From Eledone cirrhosa (Eukaryota): DNA of 64,000 bases. Positions 1 through 13,844 of the stretch are shown piece by piece. Both the position numbers and the translations under genes were made by a program. The stretch covers positions 190,092,001-190,156,000 of the forward strand of contig OZ024743.1 of the NCBI GenBank assembly GCA_964016885.1, read 5' to 3'. The notes below the pieces were generated by a model. That model did no database searches and was not told where the DNA came from. It saw only the letters and a list, made by a program, of their open reading frames with translations. Position 1 is the first letter of the stretch, and every line of letters begins with the position of its first letter.

Positions 1-1914
1 ATGAAAATGATAATGAGATGAATGTTAAAGACGAGGAAACTTCATCGATACAATAATCAGGAATTAACTTTTCATTTTGTCATTGTGTAAAACATATGAC
101 TACCAGAATATAATGTTTGTTGAGAAAATATTTAAAATTCAAAACACAATTCAATGGTTAGAATTAGAATGAACAAATGTAACTAAATTTCAATGAGCTT
201 ATATTATGTTTTCATTACTCGATAGTAATTTCTAATTGGTGACAGGAAGGATAAAGAAAAACAGCCAAACAAAAGGCAACAGGGACCCATCGCTAGTGTT
301 CGTGCCACAATAAAATGCACTTGATAGAATGCAGAAATGTATGTATATGATCTTTATACCCTCAAGCTTCACTTGAGCACTGCCTCAGTCTGTGAAGGCC
401 TGTCCAACTATTTCTTGTGGGGAAGGTAGATGTTAAAAGATCATGATGATATTTAATGCTCATTGCCTTAAATATGTTAACACAAACATGACTAAATTTT
501 TCCATGTGAATGTTATTACTGAATGATATCTCCTAGTAATTTATTCTCTAAAATATAATTTTTATATCAATTCATGTAAAATATTGTATAGATACTTAAT
601 TATTCACCCATTACCATTTTGGACAGAATTGTAGAGTCTATGCCTAACATGTAATAATTAAAATAATATTTGTCATTGACTAATATTGTTTATTTTCTCA
701 CTGCATATTTCCTTGCAATTAATGCTCACTGATTGAAATATATTAACACATTCTCACTACAGCTACTTTTTCTGTGTACATTAGCTGTTCGGTAAATTGA
801 CATATTAAAAGGAATATTATAGGGAAATTTTGTCGTTAATTCTACAAATTGTTTTCTGTTCATACTTTGTCAAACTGAACTTCTGGGAATTTTAACCAAA
901 AGCATTCTAATATGGTATAATTTATGAATAAAATTTTGATTAATTTATCAAACAATATATATTTTATGCAAATTTTGAGATTTACATTAATTTTTACATA
1001 TCACCTTCAAGTTAATATAAGGTTATGTTTGACTTCTTTACTGAGGTAGGAAAATGTGTATCCAAAGACCAGTGACTAGCATCTGCTGAGTAAGGTTAAA
1101 AGTTAATGGGCAGTCTGAATTTGAACATCAGAGCTGAAGGGAAACTTTAGATAGGATAAATTCTTCCAGAGGGGAGCAATTCTGTAGTGTAAGGATTGGC
1201 TAAAATTCATTAATGTGGTATTCAATTATTGATAAATGTTGTTCAGATAGAGCTTGTGGTTATATTTTAATTGTAAACTGTCATCAAATTCAGAAGAAAA
1301 CACACTACTAAAGAAATATATAAGGAGACTAGATACAGAGGACTTGGCAGTAGGCAAGAGCTTGTTGTTGCTGTCCAAGCCAGCTCTTATTCAGGATACT
1401 TATGGCAAAAAGCATTCCAGATTTGATTGTCCCATCTATTGCTTTTTGTATATTTTAAATTATACTAGTCAATAAAAGCTATTTTCCAACAGTGGCCTAT
1501 ATTTGAGGGCAATCTGAAATTTCTAGCAGATGAGTATATTTTTAGAGTCCCTCTCATTTGATTACAAGTAGTTGAAGTGTGCTGGAGAGTAAACTGTCTC
1601 TGTCTTTGTATGTTCGGCCCTTGTGGCCAATAATAAAGAAATCATTATTCATGTGGGCTTTTGTTGGGGTGGGTGGAGAATGTGTTTTTGTTATTCAAAG
1701 TATAATGGCTTTATATTTTGTCACATTTATAGTTTTGTAGCTCTGAATAATACATTCAGTTTCATTCTTCCAAACTGTAAATTAAATATAGGTCATGAAA
1801 AATGATAAATTTATTCAGTGTTTTTTTCCTATCTCTTCAACTAATAATGGTGTCTGATTTAGGCATGTTGTCTGACACTCTACCAATTCTATCCATCCAC
1901 CACCTTTCAACTAA

Positions 1915-2097
1915 TAATTGTTTCTACTTTTGGCACAAGGCCAGCAATTACCCAGTACATTACTGGTACTTTATTTTATCGACCCTGTAAGGATGAAAGG
2001 CAAAGTTAACCTCGGCGAGATTTGAGCTCAATCCGTAAAGGGACATAACTCTGTTGCAAAGCATGGCGCCCGACCCTCTACCTATACTGCCAATTCA
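1915..2097 (-). mobile_element. tRNA-derived SINE, family A
   Basis: Minus strand has A/B-box-like head, central GCCTTTCATCCTT..GGGTCGATAAAATAAAGTACCAG domain and tail GGCCTTGTGCCAAAAGTAGAAACAATT; many near-identical copies in window. Confidence 0.85.
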
Positions 2098-2100
2098 AAT

Positions 2101-2320
2101 AATGTTTTCTGATTTAGGTGCAAGACCAACAATTTTTGTGGGAGGAGAAAGTCAATTAAATCGAGCCCTGTTCATTATGGGTGCTTTATTTTATTGACCT
2201 CATAAGGATGAAAGGCAAAGCTAACCTCAATGTGATTTAACTCAGAAGACAAAGAGCCGTAACTATCATATATGCCACTATGCATGCTGTTCAAAATTCC
2301 ACCCATACTGTCAATATACC
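2101..2320 (-). mobile_element. SINE family A, older long-tail variant
   Basis: Diverged match to the variant at 17286-17495 (ggatgaaaggcaaag..aacctc; extra segment before tail). Confidence 0.65.
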
Positions 2321-3068
2321 GCATTTCCACTAATAATAAAATGATTTCTAATTTTCTGAATTTATTCAATGCATATATTCTCATCTTCATCTAATCTGAT
2401 TCATTTGCTTATTCTTTTTCAGAATGTTATTTTTTTTTTTTCCCCCATTAAACAATAACATATAAGGAAGATATAATAACTTGTCTCATAATAATGTTGA
2501 TCAGATCTATGATTAAAATTGTTGTAGCCAGTACCATTTACCTTTTCAGAGATTTATAGAATTAGATAACTGAATGTGTATTTCTCTTTGTCAAGGTAGT
2601 AAGTTGTGATTTGAGGGAAATTTAGCAACTATATTTAGCAGAATATTCCTCAGAAATATTCTTGTTGTATGGTCCATTTAAAAAATGTTATCATTAAGCA
2701 ATGATTTTACTAAAACACTAAAACAGGGAAGAATAGAAAAATAGATAATAATGCACTACTGGGCAAGAGGATCGAAAATTAAATGTATTTGTAAGGAGTA
2801 ATCTGCTATAGAGAGGAGATAGGATAAAAATGAAGGGAAGGTAAGTCAAATTGGAAATGAGTAAGGAGAATGTTGTCAAATCTGAGAAACTATTACAATT
2901 TAACTGATTTCAGTCACTTGACTGTGCAATGCACTGCTTTGATTTAATCAATCATTGGCCTCAGTACTTCTTTGTTCAAGTCTGGAACCTATATTATCAA
3001 TATTTGTTTTGTTGAACTGCTAAGCTGCAGGACATAAACACAGTCACAGTCATGAATGTACCCCCCCT

Positions 3069-3070
<2 letters not shown>

Positions 3071-3099
<29 letters not shown>
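3071..3099. repeat. (AT)n microsatellite
   Basis: Direct reading. Confidence 0.95.
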
Positions 3100-3100
<1 letters not shown>

Positions 3101-3444
3101 CAAAAATGAAAATGCTGATGTTACATAAATCGTTTAATCATTATAATTAATTCAACGGTTCTCCCATGCAATCATGAAGTCTTTCATGCATTTGATGTTG
3201 TTATGTGAACGAGATCCTCAGATGAAATCCGATTTACTGATATGCAACTGGCAGGAAATAAACACACGTCCTTCTGCTTGTGTGTCCAGCAGACATATGA
3301 ATGTTGAAAGCGTTCTCCTGCTTGCTCCTGTTTTTACCAAAACAATCTCTTTGGAACAAAATATATTTATATTTATTTATATATATACACCATCATGTAT
3401 ATATATAGACGATGGTCTTCTGCTGCTTCTGTGTACCAAATTCT

Positions 3445-3890
3445 AATAACAAGGCATTGGGGAGACCCAAGATGACCTGGGATGAAGTGATAAAAGCTGA
3501 CTTTGCCCAATTGCACCTCCGGCGTTACACAGTAATACAGAAGACCTGACTTCCCACAGGTACAAGCCAAAGCTGAAGCATATAGACAATATGCTCACAT
3601 CCCCTCCCATTGCAAAGTGATCGTGGAGATGTTATGACAAAAAAGCACCCAGTCCACACTGTAAAGTGGTTGTGTAGCCGCCATGGTAAAAAAAGCACCC
3701 AATACTCATTGTAATCGAGGTTGGTGTTAGGAAGGGCATTCAGCTGTAGAAATCAAGCCAAAATCAGTTCTGTATGAGCAAGACATGTTCACCCGACCTG
3801 GCATTGCCCACAACAGTACAACCCATCTAACCCATGCTAGCATGGAAAAATGGATGTAAAAACAGTGATGATGATGATCATCATCATCAC
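3445..3890 (+). mobile_element. RTE-like 3' fragment followed by a SINE 3' half ending in (GAT)n/(CAT)n
   Basis: GGGAGACCCAAGATGACCTGGGATGAAGTGATAAAAGCTGAC encodes GRPKMTWDEVIKAD, typical of RTE C-termini; then ggttggtgttaggaagggcattcagctgtagaa...acccatgctagcatggaaaa + gatgatgat tail. Confidence 0.55.
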
Positions 3891-5099
3891 CATGAGACTA
3901 TAGTAGAAATCCCAAGAGGGAAGGTAGCAGGGCCGAGCCCACATCCACGTTTTTGTGAAACAAACTCACCAACTACAGAGCCATGTTTGGTATATATATT
4001 ATATACATATATTGTTAAATTAAGGTCATCTAAGAGATAATTTAACTTTGTAATATTTTAAGTGTTTAAATTGAAATATTATGTTATTTAATTTCTTTGT
4101 ATCTTAATGTTGTTTGTTCATTTTAAATGAATCTGACTAGAAACCTACTCTTATACTACATTGCTGTGGATTATTATGAACAGCACCTTATTAACACTTT
4201 TTGAAGAACATTTTCACCTGCATGATTGGTTTCATCACCTTTGCTTTCAGGTATTGATTATGACATTTGATTGGAGAGCAGCATAATCAATATACAGTGA
4301 GCTAGAACAAAGGAACATATTCTCAATTATTCTTTCACTCCTTTTCTCTCCTCTTTTCTCAAAATGTATTTCTTCCTTTATTCAGTTTTATCCCTCTCAA
4401 ATATTTGTCTCACAATGTATTTCTATGTTCATTAATTTAATTATTTGCTGTACAGAGAACACTCATAGAAGGAAAGGGTGTCTGTTTTATCTGATTGTAC
4501 AAGTTAAGCAATGGTAGCGGTTAATATAATATTAACCACTACTACTATGCATATACAATATTGGGTATATGTAGTTTATGTACTGAACATGATTAGCAGA
4601 AACAAATTACATAAAATCCTGTAAACATTATATAACAATATAAAATATATTATATACTTTATAGAACTATTGAATATTGGATAAGGTAAAAAATATAAAG
4701 GGTAAAACTGTACATTGTTAAGTTCATTTTAAAATGTACAGATGTGGTAGAAGACAAATGAGCTTAAACTTAATCATTTTGCATTAGTAAATCTATAATG
4801 TTTAACTGCTCCTTGCCTCACACTTCTTAAAGTCTGAGATGGGTTATCAATATCATCAACAGCATTAGTAGTTGCATCTGGGCTGGGACAAATAGTTTTG
4901 CAGAATAAGTCATCTTTCATGAAGTATCTTTCTGAAAATGCTTCTGGATTCTGAATTTTCTGAAGGCTGTAAGATGATAACTTTGTAAAACATTAGTTTC
5001 TGTTGCCAATGTATGAAATGACATTATAAAGGGATTCTATCATAACACAGAATTTTGGTTTGTCAAAAAATGATTCATTGCTTTTATCATTCCGGCTAT

Positions 5100-5600
5100 C
5101 TCTGTTGTCATCAATGAGAACTTCATTCACTATTTTTCTTTTGTTAACACTAAGTATCCAGAGTCTCTCTCGGTGTCTTCTAACTAGAGAATGACATCGA
5201 CTTCCAAAACATGTTTTACCCGCTCGCTCCGGTATTCAATGAACATCACCCTCCGAGAATAATTCCAAACTACATCCCACTCTTTAAAGTACTGGCTAAA
5301 AAAGATTCAGTGCCTTTCATGAAGCTGTGAACTGATTTCCTCTGATTGCCGTCATCTATTACCTTAAGTACTTCTGTCAAATATCAGACTGAATTTGAAG
5401 ACATCTTCCTGGTATTTATGCACTTCCACAATGTAATGCAAGTTGCACCAATCATTATAGATGTGCCTCATGAAACATGGTTTCTTGGAGATAATAATAC
5501 ACTGGTAGTTGGTGAAGTATGTCCTATGAAACTAGACTTCTTGCTGACCCCTCTAATACCATTAAGTATTAAAATATACATACCATCTGCGTTCATGCAA
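5100..5600 (-). pseudogene. Highly decayed LINE endonuclease remnant (tentative)
   Basis: Minus strand ATTAGAGGG...CTCCAAGAAACC resembles the N-terminal NxRG...LQET motif of APE; no open frame. Confidence 0.3.
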
Positions 5601-7597
5601 CATAACACAGAAACTATTCTTTACTTAATTTATGATCATGTATGTGGGTTTCATTCTTTAAAATTTTAAGTATTCTATGGTAGTGCATACCAAAAACCAA
5701 CCTACTTTTATTGCTATTATACATGTGAGAATTTAGGAGCCCTTCATACTTAAATCATTTGATATCTTATATTCTGATATTTCTAGGTGGGGTACTGCTT
5801 GCTTTACCACAGGTTACAAATGTCTTGATGATTCAAATGTCTTGATGATTCTGTGACAGTCCAGCTTGGCTACATTACTTTGAAATGCTACTGTAGAAAC
5901 TACCACTTCATTACTATCTTCTCAAAATTGTTTTCTTCGTACTCTCATACACTTTTTGCATTAACATATAAATCTTTATCAACATTATATTTCAAAGGAA
6001 ATGCTATAAAGTTTGTCTTTAGTCTTATGCAACTCCAAATCTGTTTCCTTTTTAACATCAAAGCTTTTTGTAATGTCTGATGTATGGTACATGGCAGAAA
6101 AATGCCTAATCATTGAAATATCAATGATAATTGCCTAACAACACAACTAGTGTTGTTTTGCATGCAGTTGTTATTAGCACAGTGCATACTGTGCTCTCAT
6201 CCTGAAGCTACTAATCTGGCATAATAAGTAGTAATCAAAAATAAACATACAAAGTTTAGGCTACTTTCATCTGACTTTATTTTTGTTTCTGAGTGTGATT
6301 TAGATGTGAAAGCAAATTACACCCAGCTTATATCATGATATTGTAAGATTATATATAAAGAAAGTCAGTTTTACTTAATGGTTTTTCGGTACATACAACA
6401 TCTCACTGTGAAAATGTAATTTTTGTTAGAGGAGAATGTGAAAGGATAAGAAAGCTTAAGCGACAGAATATAAATTTGAAAAAGCGTAGGGAGATGGGAG
6501 GCACTAGTAAGATAGGGGTATTTTGTGAGAAGGGAAGGGTATATTTATTAAAAGAGATGTTTAAAGTCAAATAATAAACAGGGTGGTTTCTTGTGCCACT
6601 TGCCTTCAGTTTATAATTTTGACACTACCCCATTACCCTGATATCCACCCAGTACATATAATAAAACTATCTGTAGGATATACAGTTCTCTCTCAGACAA
6701 CTGCCACAATATTTCTTTTCTATTATGATCAAGAACAATATTATTGAGTGATTTTAATAAAAGATTCATGATGATTCTATCATCTTTATTTGATATTCAG
6801 TACTTACCTATCCCCCAAGAATGTATACCCCAATACCATTGATTGATAAAAGCTGGTGGTGGAAATGAACATTCATATCTACTCTAACTTTGGTCTAGTT
6901 CAGTTTATCCAGTATCCAAATTAATGGTGTAACTAAGGTTTAGAGACAGGTCCCTGTATCTGAAATACTGAGTTCTGGATTCCTTGAATATAAGAAAAAA
7001 TTTGATATGTCTTTCCTGGAAAGCTTTTGATCATAGACCTGTTCTATCAGGGTTGTTCAAGCCTAAACAGTAACAACATATTTTTCATACTCTCAAATAT
7101 CGATTCTCCCTTTCTGATATATTATAAAATATCCTGATTATATATAGTGATATATTTTTCACTCAATCTGTTGTTTTTTTTTGCTTACTATTTGTACATA
7201 CTATTTCTTTTACTTTCAAGCAATTTCTCATTCTATCTCAAAGAGCATCTTTCTCTATATCTCTACCTAGCATCCTTTTTGTACATACTATTTCTTTCAT
7301 TTGCATTGAATGTGTAATTCCACAGAATATTGAAGAAAAGAAAGAATGTCAAAATTGTTTGAGAATTTTTATTTCTTTATTTCTTATGTCATTGCAAGGA
7401 ATCAAATTTACAAATTAGGGTAACCACTGACTGATTCAATCTTGGGACTTATTTTATAGATATTAGTGGTAGGGGAAAAGACTTAACTTATATGATTTAA
7501 AAGCATCTGTCATTTAGCTTCGTACTTGAACCTTTCTGTTCTAACCAGAGTAATGTCTTACATTCTCATATGACCTTCAAAATTTCAGAAAGATAAA

Positions 7598-7787
7598 TAG
7601 TTGTTTCTACTTTAGGCACAAGGCCAGCAATTAACCAGTGCATTACTGGTACTTTATTTTATCGACCCCGTAAGGATGAAAGGCAAAGTCAACCTCGGCG
7701 GGATTTAAACTCAGATCGTAAAGGGACGTAACTATGCTAGAAAGCATGGCGTCCGACCCTCTACCAATACTGCCAATCCACCGCCCT
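7598..7787 (-). mobile_element. SINE family A with 12-bp TSD
   Basis: Full-length copy; AAGATAAATAGT at 7590-7601 and 7790-7801. Confidence 0.9.
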
Positions 7788-7916
7788 GGAAGATAAATAG
7801 TACATTTAATATATGTACTCAGGAAGATAAATAGTACATTTAATATATGCCTAGTCTTTATTTTCTCAATCTCAGTCAGATGAAAGATAACATAGTCTTG
7901 TTATTATATAGAAAAA

Positions 7917-8110
7917 GGGTGGGGGATTGGCAGTATCAGTAGAAGGTCAGACGCGATGCTTTACAGCATAGAGTTACGCCGCTTTATGGTCTGAGTTCAT
8001 ATCCTGCTGATGTTCACTTTGCCTTTTATCCTTACGGGGTTGATAAAATAAAGTACCAGTAATGTACTGGGATAATTGCTGGCCTTGTGCCAAAAGTAGA
8101 AACAGTTATT
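7917..8110 (+). mobile_element. SINE family A, inverted relative to 7598-7787
   Basis: GGGTGGGGGATTGGCAGTATCAGTAGAAGG...GAGTTCATATCC...GGCCTTGTGCCAAAAGTAGAAACAGTTATT. Confidence 0.88.
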
Positions 8111-9148
8111 AATGAGTGAGATCAATATTTCCTTTTATTTTGTTGGAGTTGATGTCAATAAACAAATTACCTTCACTTAGCAGTGGATTAGAAGAATTGT
8201 TAGAGTATGAGAGAAAATGCTTAGTCATATCTGTTCTAGGTCTTTGCCTTTTGAGATCAAATTCTGCTTTAGTACCAAATGGCCAGAAATGATTAAATGT
8301 GAGTACCCAGTTTAACATGCTGTTAAATAGCTGTTAAATAGCATGGTTGGTAGGTATAATGAGCATGATGAGCGTTCAGCCAGTAGGAACATATTCTTAT
8401 CCACACGGATTTGGTTCTGGTTTAAATATATTTCATTTAATTTATGCTGCTAATTAACTACTGTTGAGAAACATATTAGAGGAACATATTCTTATCCACT
8501 ACACTCTCTGTGTCTTTTAATCTGCAAATTAGTGCTTAAGTAGGAAATCATCAAGGGGAATAACTATATATTTTGCGCCAATTCCCTTTGCTTGATTGCA
8601 ATAAGATCATGATCGTTTTGTAAAACATTTTCTTTTTTCAGTCCTCAGGGAAATAATCTCTTTACATTTTCGTATAAAATATGTTTACAAATGAAAGCAA
8701 TGAAATCAATTTCAATAAAAAATATTATTTTACACATCATTCATGACATTGGATTGTGAGTAAAGCATATTTTTCTTCCATAAATTTTCTTTCTCTTCTT
8801 ATTTATCTCTCTTCACCTCTCTCTTCTCTAACTTCGTTTTTATACATTCTCATTTTTTTTTTTTATAGTATCCTAATTTTAAAAATTTTATTTTCTCATT
8901 GGTAATGGATTATTTTTCTTTTTCTTTTCTTTGTTCAATAGTTCATATGTTTTGTTTTCTTTCTTTGCTATCTGAGTCTTCTGGATTTTGCCTTCTAACA
9001 TTTCCTCTCACGTGATTTTATTTCCTATCTTTCTCATACTTAATCTCGCTTTACTGCATCTCTTTAATTCCCCATGGAAACTACTCTCCTTCTAAATAAT
9101 ATCCTTTCATTCTTACCCCGTCTCTATTATTTTTTACATCGTCTTCCA

Positions 9149-9213
9149 ACTATTGCTAACTTGCTGAAACATCGACTATTGCTAACTTGCTGAACCATCG
9201 ACTATTGCTAACT
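9149..9213. repeat. 26-bp tandem repeat, about 2.5 copies
   Basis: actattgctaacttgctgaa(a/c)catcg repeated. Confidence 0.85.
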
Positions 9214-9431
9214 TTCTGCCGATCTGCATATTTCACATACTAATGTCCTTGTCATATGACACTGTTCTGTAAATTCAGAAAACCTTGTTTCATTCATAGC
9301 TCAACAATAAATATATCTACGACACTCTATACAATTCTCAAGGCATCAGAAATAGCATGAAATAGCATGAAATGTTCATTATATTACGTTCTTTGTAGCT
9401 GAAAGAATTTCCTCTTTGACACTTCAGCTTC

Positions 9432-9957
9432 GAAATGGAATATAAAATAAACCTATGGTTCCATCGAACCATCTATATAATACGAAAAATAACAGAATGT
9501 CGTACACATGTACTACATTGACAATCAGCCTATCATAATATATCTCTATATATATATCTTCCAGAGGCTGCATTGGAAACCTTTTAGGAACAGTTATGGA
9601 ATATATAACGTCGTCGCTAACTCTTATCACCTACTTATTTTAAAAACTCCGGGGGATAAAAAGCAAAGCCTGCTTTGTGGGTATTTGAACTCAGAATAAA
9701 AAAAAAAACGTCATTAGATTTTGCAAATGATTATGTCTGACACTCTAACGTTTCTGTTAATAAACCACCTCAACAACAACAATAACAACATCAGCAATGA
9801 TGGTGATGATTTCTTATATTGGCCACCAGAGCCGAAGATATTCGAGATAAAACAATGATTAGAAACTATATGGAATGGGCATTAAATCAAAGGCAAAACA
9901 ATGGATATGACAATAACAATAAGTGTAATAAATAGTCACAAAAAGAATACAAATAAT
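9432..9957. repeat. ~526-bp direct repeat flanking Tx1 copy 1 (partners 12874-13402 and 20540-21068)
   Basis: gaaatggaatataaaataaacc...aatacaaataat occurs immediately left and right of the LINE; about 15 differences by eye. Confidence 0.9.
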
Positions 9958-12867
9958 GCTTTCTTTATTAACCACAAGGGTTTACACAAAGTAGACATTA
10001 AGGACAGTACAGAACGGTAAAAATGGGCATTTCTGCGTGTAAAAAAACAAAAAAACAGAGGATGTAATAAAAGAACAATGAAACATTCCTCAATAGGGGG
10101 AGACTTCCGAGGGCCATCGTGGAGAAAGCCCATTAAAAAAAAAAAGCTGACCCTGACGACCAGGGCAATTGTCCTCTCCCAGTTTTCCACCTTCAATTTA
10201 CAGGCATATACTCAGAGCCATTCTTGCCTCTCTCACCCATCTTTCAACAAAAAGCTGGGAAGACTACACCTCCCTTTCTACCCTGATTTTCCTTTTCAAA
10301 TGAAATTGGAAAAAGTTAATCAGGGCATCACCGAAGAGGTAAGTGCTCGTTTTCAGCCCTTTCAGACGCGTCCACCATACTATCTCTTTCGCCATGGTCA
10401 CCAGACAGATAAAAATTGCCTGCCCTTCCCGGCTAAAGCAAGAGGGCGGGGCAATCCTCACGATGGACTCAGCTGATAGTCGGATCCGTTCTACACGCGA
10501 CAGCAGGTGTTCGACATAAACCCACAAGTCAGCAATGCTCGGACACTGGACGAGTGCATGCAGGAGGGTTTCATCGCCCTGCGCACATATCAAACATGCC
10601 CGGCTGACGGCACCTCCATGCCTGTAGAGTTTATCCCGAAATGGCAAAGCCCTTCGGTAGCACTGCCAGGCCAGAGATTTCTGGAGGTTGTCCATAGGCC
10701 CCGGCCCGAAAGTTCTTCCAAAGAGATTGGTTAGTTGATTTTCGTCGACGCCTAGAGTTTCCCCAAGTACGTCGTCGCTCTTCCCCTCCACTAATCCTCT
10801 ATAGAACGCCAAGGTGGAATTTCCACCGATCACATTGCCCGATTGGTCGAGGGCTGTGTGCGCCTGAAGACATTCCAGTCTCCAAGCGCTCCCTTTCGGT
10901 CTTCGCTTGACCCAGGACTGCAGCTCCGTCAAGGAGATGAGCTGGGGAAAGATGCGTCTATCAAACGGCGACCACAACTGATCACCGTCGAGGAAGAGGT
11001 GACGATGTCGAAGCCTGAGCGCGTGTCTGCGCATCATGAGCCACAGCATGCTCAGCCCTCCACGTAGCGGGTGTTGACAGCAGATGGACCGCCTGACCAT
11101 CGGAGCGCGTCCCTTCCACAAAAAGCGAAAAAGAAAACGCTCCAGCGCAGTCAGGCGAGGCTTAGGACAAGGCACGACGGTCAGGCGATAGTAGATGACG
11201 GACGCGATGTACGCGTTAGCCACCTCCGCTCGACCTTTCAGGGATAGCTTCCTCTCCGCCCATTTCTGGGTGAGATAAGCCACCAGGCTCGTTACCTCAT
11301 CCCAGATTTTGTCCGTCTGGAGGTCCGGACCGAACCAGACCCCTAGCAATTTAACCGGTCCGTCCGTCCAGCGCCCGACGACGCCGTTGGAGGCATGGGC
11401 CTGCCTCTCCAGGTGCCGAGCTGCAAGCCCACCGACTTTTCTTGGTTGATCATTGCTCCTGTCACCGCTTCGTATTCTCTTAGTGTAGTGCCGATCGCCT
11501 CGATGTGTTTAGCGTTCGACACCACTACGGTGACATCGTCCGCATATGCAGACACGGATCTTCCGCATCCTAGTTCGCGCGGGACGCCTCTCAACGTCTC
11601 CATTTTGTGCAGTAATGGCTCGAGAGTCAATACGTACAAGAGGGACGAGAGGGGACATCCTTGGCGGACCGAGCGCATGATGTTGAACGGTTCCGAAAGG
11701 TGACCATTCACTCTCACCACAGAGCAGATGTCGCTGTGCATGGCAGCGATCCAGCCTCTGAAGACGGGCCCAAAGCCAGCCGCCCTCAGGACTGACGCCA
11801 GATAACTATGGTCGACCCTATCGAAAGCTTTCGACTGATCTAAATTCATCAAGGACCCACCCGTGCCAGGTTCCCTAGCTACCCTCTCTACGATGTATCG
11901 CATGAAGTGAAAGTTGTCGTGGATGGATCAGTCGGGAATAGCGCATGTCTGCATCTCTCCTACCAGACCACCAACGACAAGCGCCAACCTCTTTGCTAGT
12001 ACCTTGGCTAAAATCTTGAACTCTGTTTTTAGAAGAGTTATGGGCCTGAAATTATCTATGTTATCCCCTTTGTTCGAACCCTTTTTCAGCAGCGCCACGG
12101 CGCCTCGGCTCACAGAGCTGGGAATTCTCCCGTTCTGTTGCCAGTTGCAGTAGACGTCCACCAAGAGGCCCCCGAACAAGTCTGGCATCTGTACATAAAG
12201 TTCATAGGGCAGACCATCCAAACCAGGCGATTTACCCCTTGTGCAGCCAATCATTGCCTCTCATACTTCAGCGGCTGTTATCGGCTTTTCGCAACACTCC
12301 GCCTCAGTGATCGAGAGCCGCGGCAGTCCGTTGAGGTAGACACTAAAGTCCATCCCTCGATCCGGCCCGCCGCTGCCCCCGAACAGCTGAGCGAAGTGGC
12401 ACTGAAAAGCTTCACACATTTTCCCGGGATCGAGTAGCATGCGCCCGTCGTGGTCCACCAAAGACTGGATCGTAGCTATGTTGCCACGACGCGCCTCCGC
12501 CACTCGGGCCCATTGAACGGCTTTCGCCCCTTCGTGTCTGAGAGCACGCACTTTAGCTCTGACAACGCAGCCTTCGTTCTTTGCATTGAAGAATTCGTCA
12601 AGGGCCAATTTCGCTGCAAGTACGTCGGTCGCGATGTCTTTGCTAAGCGCCTCGTCTAATTTTCTAACTAGGTCTCCCTCTGCTCTATTTTTCTCCATTG
12701 CTAAAGCCTTACTAAACCTAATGGACTCTGTTCTAATCGCTCTTTTCAGAGCAAACCACCACTTGTTGTTGACGATGGCCCCCGTCAACGCCCCCTTAAC
12801 TAGTTCGCTAATCCGGTCTCTGTAGGCCTTGCGCGCTGGTAATGACGCGTTTAGCTTCCAGTAGCCG
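9958..12867 (-). mobile_element. Tx1/L1-clade LINE copy 1, 5'-truncated, frameshifted ORF2 (RT + C-terminal zinc finger)
   Basis: ORF pieces GYWKLN, KSPGLDGLPYE, NFRPITLL, LDQSKAFDRVDH, SVRQGCPLS, SAYADDV, CxxC..ETLLHALVQC; 3' end CCCTTGTGGTTAATAAAGAAA. Confidence 0.95.
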
Positions 12868-13844
12868 CGTTTTGAAATGGAATATAAAATAAACCTATGG
12901 TTCCATCGACCCATCTATATAATACGAAACATAACAGAATGACGTACACATGTACTACATTGACAATCAGCCTATCATAATATATCTCTCTATATATATC
13001 TTCCAGAGGCTGCATTGGAAACCTTTTTGGACAGTTATGGAATATATAACGTCGTCGCTAACTCTTATCACCTACTTATTTTAAAAACTCCGGAGATAAA
13101 AAGCAAAGCCTGCTTTGTCGGTATTTGAACTCAGAATAATAAAAAAAAAATACCGTCATTAGATTTTGCAAGTGATTATGTCTGACACTCTAACGTTTCT
13201 GTTAATAAACCACCTCAACAACAACAATAACAACAGCAGCAATGATGGTGATGATTTCTTATATTGGCCACCAGAGCCGAAGATATTCGAGATAAAACAA
13301 TGATTAGAAACTATATGGAATGGGCATTAAATCAAAGGGAAAACAATGGGCATGACAATAACAGTAAGTGTAATAAATAGTCACGAAAACAATACAAATA
13401 ATAACAAATGCTAACTATAACAGTTTCCCAATATGAAATTGGAACTGTGCTTTAGGGTAATTCTGAAGAAGCATCCACATAAAACCTTGGGCTACTCTGT
13501 CGCTCCACAGTTATTAAAAGTGCCCTCTTCACTGATAGTTGCTACATATATACAAATTCACTAAGATGGTTTAGCAAATGTCCATTTTTGTTGTCGATAT
13601 TTTCGACGTTTATATTGTTGTTCTTGTTTGTACAATCACTATTTCGTTTCTACTCTATACGTTGTTATTGTTGTTGTTGTCGTTGCTGTTACTGCTGCTA
13701 CTGGTACCTTCCCACCACTCGCATCATTACCGCAATGTACCAGGTCAGTAACACTATAATCAGAGTAACCTCTTCCCCCTCATATTTGTTCCTGCTTCCT
13801 CCCAAACACACACACACACACACACATATATAATATATTATATA

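Noticed and set aside
4241-4300. Possible host exon after ttgctttcag
   Set aside because: Stops follow quickly, no recognisable protein, no supporting neighbouring exons.
10078-12825. Plus-strand ORFs over the Tx1 copies (also 17659-20491, 33280-38638, 40795-43477)
   Set aside because: Antisense shadows of GC-rich ORF1/ORF2 with no independent motifs.
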